The position numbers and the translations under genes were made by a program. The notes under the pieces were generated by a model. The model made no database searches. It worked only from the letters and a program-made list of their open reading frames with translations, and was not told the DNA's origin. Of a DNA stretch of 39,462 nt, positions 36,850 to 39,462 are shown one piece after another. This DNA is from Deltaproteobacteria bacterium (GTDB lineage: Bacteria > Desulfobacterota > Desulfobaccia > Desulfobaccales > 0-14-0-80-60-11). The stretch is taken from positions 1 through 39,462 of the forward strand of contig JARRQO010000014.1 of assembly GCA_037381685.1 (NCBI GenBank), in the 5' to 3' direction. The first letter of the stretch is position 1. Every line of letters begins with the position of its first letter.

Positions 36850-37469
36850 GTCCGGCCAAGCCCGCCGTTTATGTGGTGGATGACGATCCCTCCGTGCGCG
36901 GCGCCATGAAAAGATTATTGAAATCGGTGGGATTACCGGTAAAAACCTTCGCCTCGGCGCGGGAGTTTTTGGACCAGGCAACCCCGGAGTGGTCCGGTTG
37001 CCTGATGGTCGATTTACGGATGCCCGGGATGGGCGGACTGGACCTGCAATACCAATTAAACGCCCGTCAAATAAGCCTGCCGGTGATCTTTCTAACGGGA
37101 TACGGTACGGTGCCTGCCAGCGTGCGGGCCATGAAGGCCGGGGCCGTGGACTTTCTGGAAAAGCCGGTGGATGATCAGACGCTGCTCGATGCCGTCCATA
37201 AGGCCCTGGAGAGGGACCGCGGCGCCAAGCGCGATCAGGCTGAGATGCAGGCCCTGCACCAGCGCCTGGCCGCTCTGACTCCCCGGGAATATGAGGTCTT
37301 AGCCTTTATCATCTCCGGCCGGTTGAACAAACAAGCCGCCGCAGCCTTGGGGACCACCGAAAAGACCATAAAAGTACACCGGGCCCGCATCATGGAAAAG
37401 CTGCGATGCGCCTCGCTGGCGGAATTGGTGCGGCTGGCTGAAAAGGCAGGCATCAAGACATTGGACTAA
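36846..37469 (+). CDS. response regulator, FixJ/NarL (LuxR-type HTH) family
   Basis: 207-aa ORF, ATGA-coupled to the kinase. The REC domain has DDD, the phospho-acceptor in LMVDLRMPGM, and K in FLEKP. The C-terminus LTPREYEVLAFIISGRLNKQAAAALGTTEKTIKVHRARIMEKL is a LuxR/GerE HTH. Confidence 0.9.
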   Translation: MSPAKPAVYVVDDDPSVRGAMKRLLKSVGLPVKTFASAREFLDQATPEWSGCLMVDLRMPGMGGLDLQYQLNARQISLPVIFLTGYGTVPASVRAMKAGAVDFLEKPVDDQTLLDAVHKALERDRGAKRDQAEMQALHQRLAALTPREYEVLAFIISGRLNKQAAAALGTTEKTIKVHRARIMEKLRCASLAELVRLAEKAGIKTLD

Positions 37470-37655
37470 GGTCTAACCGACCTAGGACTAAAGTCCAATT
37501 TACTTCCCTTTAATTATTTCTTAAATTCTTTCCAAATAAGCAATCCCCTTCGTTAACTTGCTTCTACCTAGCATCAGGGGCACCGACCGTCGCGGGCTGC
37601 CCCGTGCTTGCCAATTAATTTGACCATGTTCCACATAGGTAGGTTAATCCCGCCG

Positions 37656-38042
37656 ATGACCAGCGCCACTTTCGGAATCTATGTGATAGATGACGACGAA
37701 TCTGCCCGCCTGGGGCTGGGGAGGTTGCTCCGGTCGGCAGGGTTTCAGGTGAAAATCTTTGCCTCGGCGCAAGAATTTTTGGATCACGGCCCGGTGGATA
37801 ACGATGGGCTGATAATTTTGGATGTGCGGATGCCGGGAATCAATGGCTTGGAGCTGCAAAAGAGATTGACGGCCCGGGGCAGCAAGCTGCCCATCATCTT
37901 CATCACCGGTTTTGAAGATCCCCGGGCCCGGAATGAGGCCCTAAAGTGCGGCTCCATCGCCTTCCTGCAGAAGCCCGTGGACGAGCAGACCTTACTCGGG
38001 GCCATCGAGGCAGCTTCCCAGAGGCAGGCACACAGAAATTAA
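37656..38042 (+). CDS. single-domain (REC-only) response regulator, paralogous to the FixJ-type receiver
   Basis: The ORF-track start at 37608 is a TTG, so I prefer ATG 37656 (ATG 37626 is also possible). Motifs: IYVIDDDESARLGLGRLLRSAGFQVKIFASAQEFLD..LIILDVRMPGINGLEL..IAFLQKP. There is no output domain. Confidence 0.8.
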   Translation: MTSATFGIYVIDDDESARLGLGRLLRSAGFQVKIFASAQEFLDHGPVDNDGLIILDVRMPGINGLELQKRLTARGSKLPIIFITGFEDPRARNEALKCGSIAFLQKPVDEQTLLGAIEAASQRQAHRN

Positions 38043-38086
38043 ATTAAACAAAAATCCGGCAGCCGAATACATCTTGGGAGGATTTT

Positions 38087-38584
38087 ATGATCACCTTAGT
38101 GGCAATCGAATATGATGATTTCTTCAAAGCGGAAGAGGTCAAGCTCAAGTTCCTAAAAATGCAGAAAGAATATCTGGTTGACCTGGAAGATGCCGTAGTA
38201 GCCACCAAAGACAAGGACGCCAAGGTCAAATTGCACCAGATTCTTAGCACCGTCAAGGCCGGCGCCGTGGGCGGCGGCTTCTGGGGCGCCCTCATCGGCC
38301 TCATTTTCCTTAATCCTCTGCTGGGAATGGCCGTAGGCGCCGCCAGCGGCGCGGCGGCTGGGGCCCTGAGCGACGTGGGTATCAATGACCAGTTCATGAA
38401 AGAGCTGGCCGAAAATTTGAAACCCAATTCTTCGGTGCTCTTTGTGCTGGTTCGCAAAGCTACGCCGGAAAGAGTGTTGGAAGAACTCCAGGGCACCGGC
38501 GGCAAGATCCTCAAGACTTCCCTGTCCCACGAGGACGAAGCCAAGCTGCAAGCAGCCCTAAACGCCGCCAAACAACAAGCTTAG
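38087..38584 (+). CDS. DUF1269-family membrane protein
   Basis: 165-aa ORF with GGGAGG 5 nt upstream. The N-terminal ACT-like part VAIEYDDFFKAEEVKLKFLKMQKEYLVDLEDAVVATKD and the Gly-zipper TM stretch GAVGGGFWGALIGLIF..GMAVGAASGAAAGAL are typical of DUF1269. Confidence 0.75.
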   Translation: MITLVAIEYDDFFKAEEVKLKFLKMQKEYLVDLEDAVVATKDKDAKVKLHQILSTVKAGAVGGGFWGALIGLIFLNPLLGMAVGAASGAAAGALSDVGINDQFMKELAENLKPNSSVLFVLVRKATPERVLEELQGTGGKILKTSLSHEDEAKLQAALNAAKQQA

Positions 38585-38598
38585 GCAACAGGTGCATG

Positions 38599-38643
38599 GA
38601 GCCGCAGGGAGTTTGATTAATTAATCCTGCGGTTCCGGTTTTT
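38599..38643 (+). terminator. rho-independent terminator candidate
   Basis: A 10-bp stem pairs GAGCCGCAGG (38599-38608) with CCTGCGGTTC (38626-35), including one G.U pair. The loop is 17 nt. CGG then TTTTT (38639-38643) follows. It lies 15 nt after the DUF1269 stop. Confidence 0.5.
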
Positions 38644-38682
38644 CCCCGATTAATGGTGAACGTTGGCAAGGAGGAGATGGGA

Positions 38683-39180
38683 ATGGCTCTCCAGGGCAGG
38701 GGTCTGGCTCAGGCAGCCAGAAGACGGATGTATGTCCAAAAGGTGATTCTCGTCCTCCTGACCATGGGGGTCTTGGCCGGCCTGGCTTATTTTCTCCTTC
38801 ACGAAAAACAAACCAAGGAGCAATCGGGAGGAGTATCCGCAGCCAAGGAATCGGCGCGGCCCAAGGCTATGATGGATTTTGAGATTTTGAAGGGCAGATG
38901 GGTCCGGCCGGACGGCGGTTATGTAGTTGCGGTCAGGGAAATCGATGCCAGTGGCAGGATGGTGGCGGCATATTTCAATCCCCGGCCCATCAACGTCTCC
39001 CAGGCCGCAGCATCATCGGATGGGACTACCATCAAGGTATTCATCGAATTGCGGGACATAAATTATCCAGGGGCCACGTATAACCTGACCTATGATCCAA
39101 GGAGCGATCAGCTCAGGGGCATCTATTTTCAACCGGCCATTAATCAGAGCTTTTATGTGGTCTTCGTCCGGATGAAGTGA
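38683..39180 (+). CDS. hypothetical protein with N-terminal membrane anchor
   Basis: The ORF is open from 38653. ATG 38683 has AAGGAGG 8 nt upstream. TM segment: VILVLLTMGVLAGLAYFLL. A soluble beta-rich domain follows. No family recognised. Confidence 0.6.
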   Translation: MALQGRGLAQAARRRMYVQKVILVLLTMGVLAGLAYFLLHEKQTKEQSGGVSAAKESARPKAMMDFEILKGRWVRPDGGYVVAVREIDASGRMVAAYFNPRPINVSQAAASSDGTTIKVFIELRDINYPGATYNLTYDPRSDQLRGIYFQPAINQSFYVVFVRMK

Positions 39181-39235
39181 TGGTCACCCGACGGTTCTTG
39201 GGCATGCAGGAAGTCCATTTTAGCAGGCTGACGCG

Positions 39236-39462
39236 ATGAAACGAGATCTCCAGGCACTTAAACCTCCCCGCTGGCGGGGCAAGCCGGTGCGGCGCATGCA
39301 TGTCATGGTGAAGCCCATAGGACCCCGCTGCAATCTCCAATGCACCTATTGCTATTATCTTTCCAAACAGGTTGTGTTGAGCACTGACCAGCATTGGCGC
39401 ATCACCGACGAAACCCTGGAGACCTTCATCCGGCAGTACTTTCAGGGCCAAAACTACAAGGA
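39236..39462 (+). CDS. radical SAM maturase, anaerobic sulfatase-maturating-enzyme-like (N-terminal fragment; runs off the right edge)
   Basis: The ATG at 39236 opens a frame that continues to the window end. It reads MKRDLQALKPPRWRGKPVRRMHVMVKPIGPRCNLQCTYCYYLSK..., with the CxxxCxxC radical-SAM motif in the MVKPxGxxCNLxCxYCYY context of anSME/SPASM maturases. It is not in the ORF track because there is no stop in the window. Confidence 0.7.
   Translation, partial: MKRDLQALKPPRWRGKPVRRMHVMVKPIGPRCNLQCTYCYYLSKQVVLSTDQHWRITDETLETFIRQYFQGQNYK

Noticed and set aside
1-39462. CRISPR arrays, IS elements/transposases, integrases, rRNA/tRNA genes
   Set aside because: I scanned by eye for regularly spaced direct repeats, terminal inverted repeats with transposase-like ORFs, and structured RNA genes, and found none. 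The only repeats seen are short (8-12 nt) intergenic motifs and the in-frame SPPx codon repeats.

Overview
GC-rich bacterial chromosomal segment. An LMW-PTP ArsC, an anaerobic-sulfatase-maturase-like radical SAM gene and PBP-GAF-PAS kinases weakly suggest an anaerobe. The dominant feature is a ~28 kb minus-strand operon (31070 down to 4984, probably 2697), tightly translationally coupled. It encodes a phage-tail-like contractile injection system of the Afp/PVC (eCIS) type. In order: sheath, tube, Zn-ribbon protein, Pro-rich putative length determinant, DUF4255 cap, AAA+ ATPase, small protein, DUF4157 zincin (candidate effector), an embedded Lgt-family membrane protein, tube-initiator-like protein, LysM/gpX-like protein, gpD-like hub, gpV-like spike, PAAR-like tip, gp25, three large wedge proteins, a DUF6519-like/beta-propeller protein, a transthyretin-like coiled-coil protein and a GT2-methyltransferase-GT2 enzyme. 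No capsid, terminase, integrase or lysis genes are present. Three CIS genes (possibly four) are broken by single-nucleotide frame changes at short homopolymers. These are either assembly errors or real decay or switching. A recurring S-P-P-x peptide motif is inserted in several structural proteins. The cluster is bracketed by AT-rich DNA and two gene remnants: a TPP-decarboxylase fragment on the left and a P-type ATPase N-terminus on the right. Left flank: thioredoxin-like fragment, arsC, an Fe-S protein, a metallophosphoesterase. Right flank: two sensor-kinase operons sharing a 12-nt palindromic upstream motif, FixJ/LuxR-type and REC-only regulators, a DUF1269 protein and a partial radical-SAM maturase. 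I recognised no rRNA, tRNA, CRISPR array, transposase or integrase. All family assignments are by-eye motif recognition and need profile searches.
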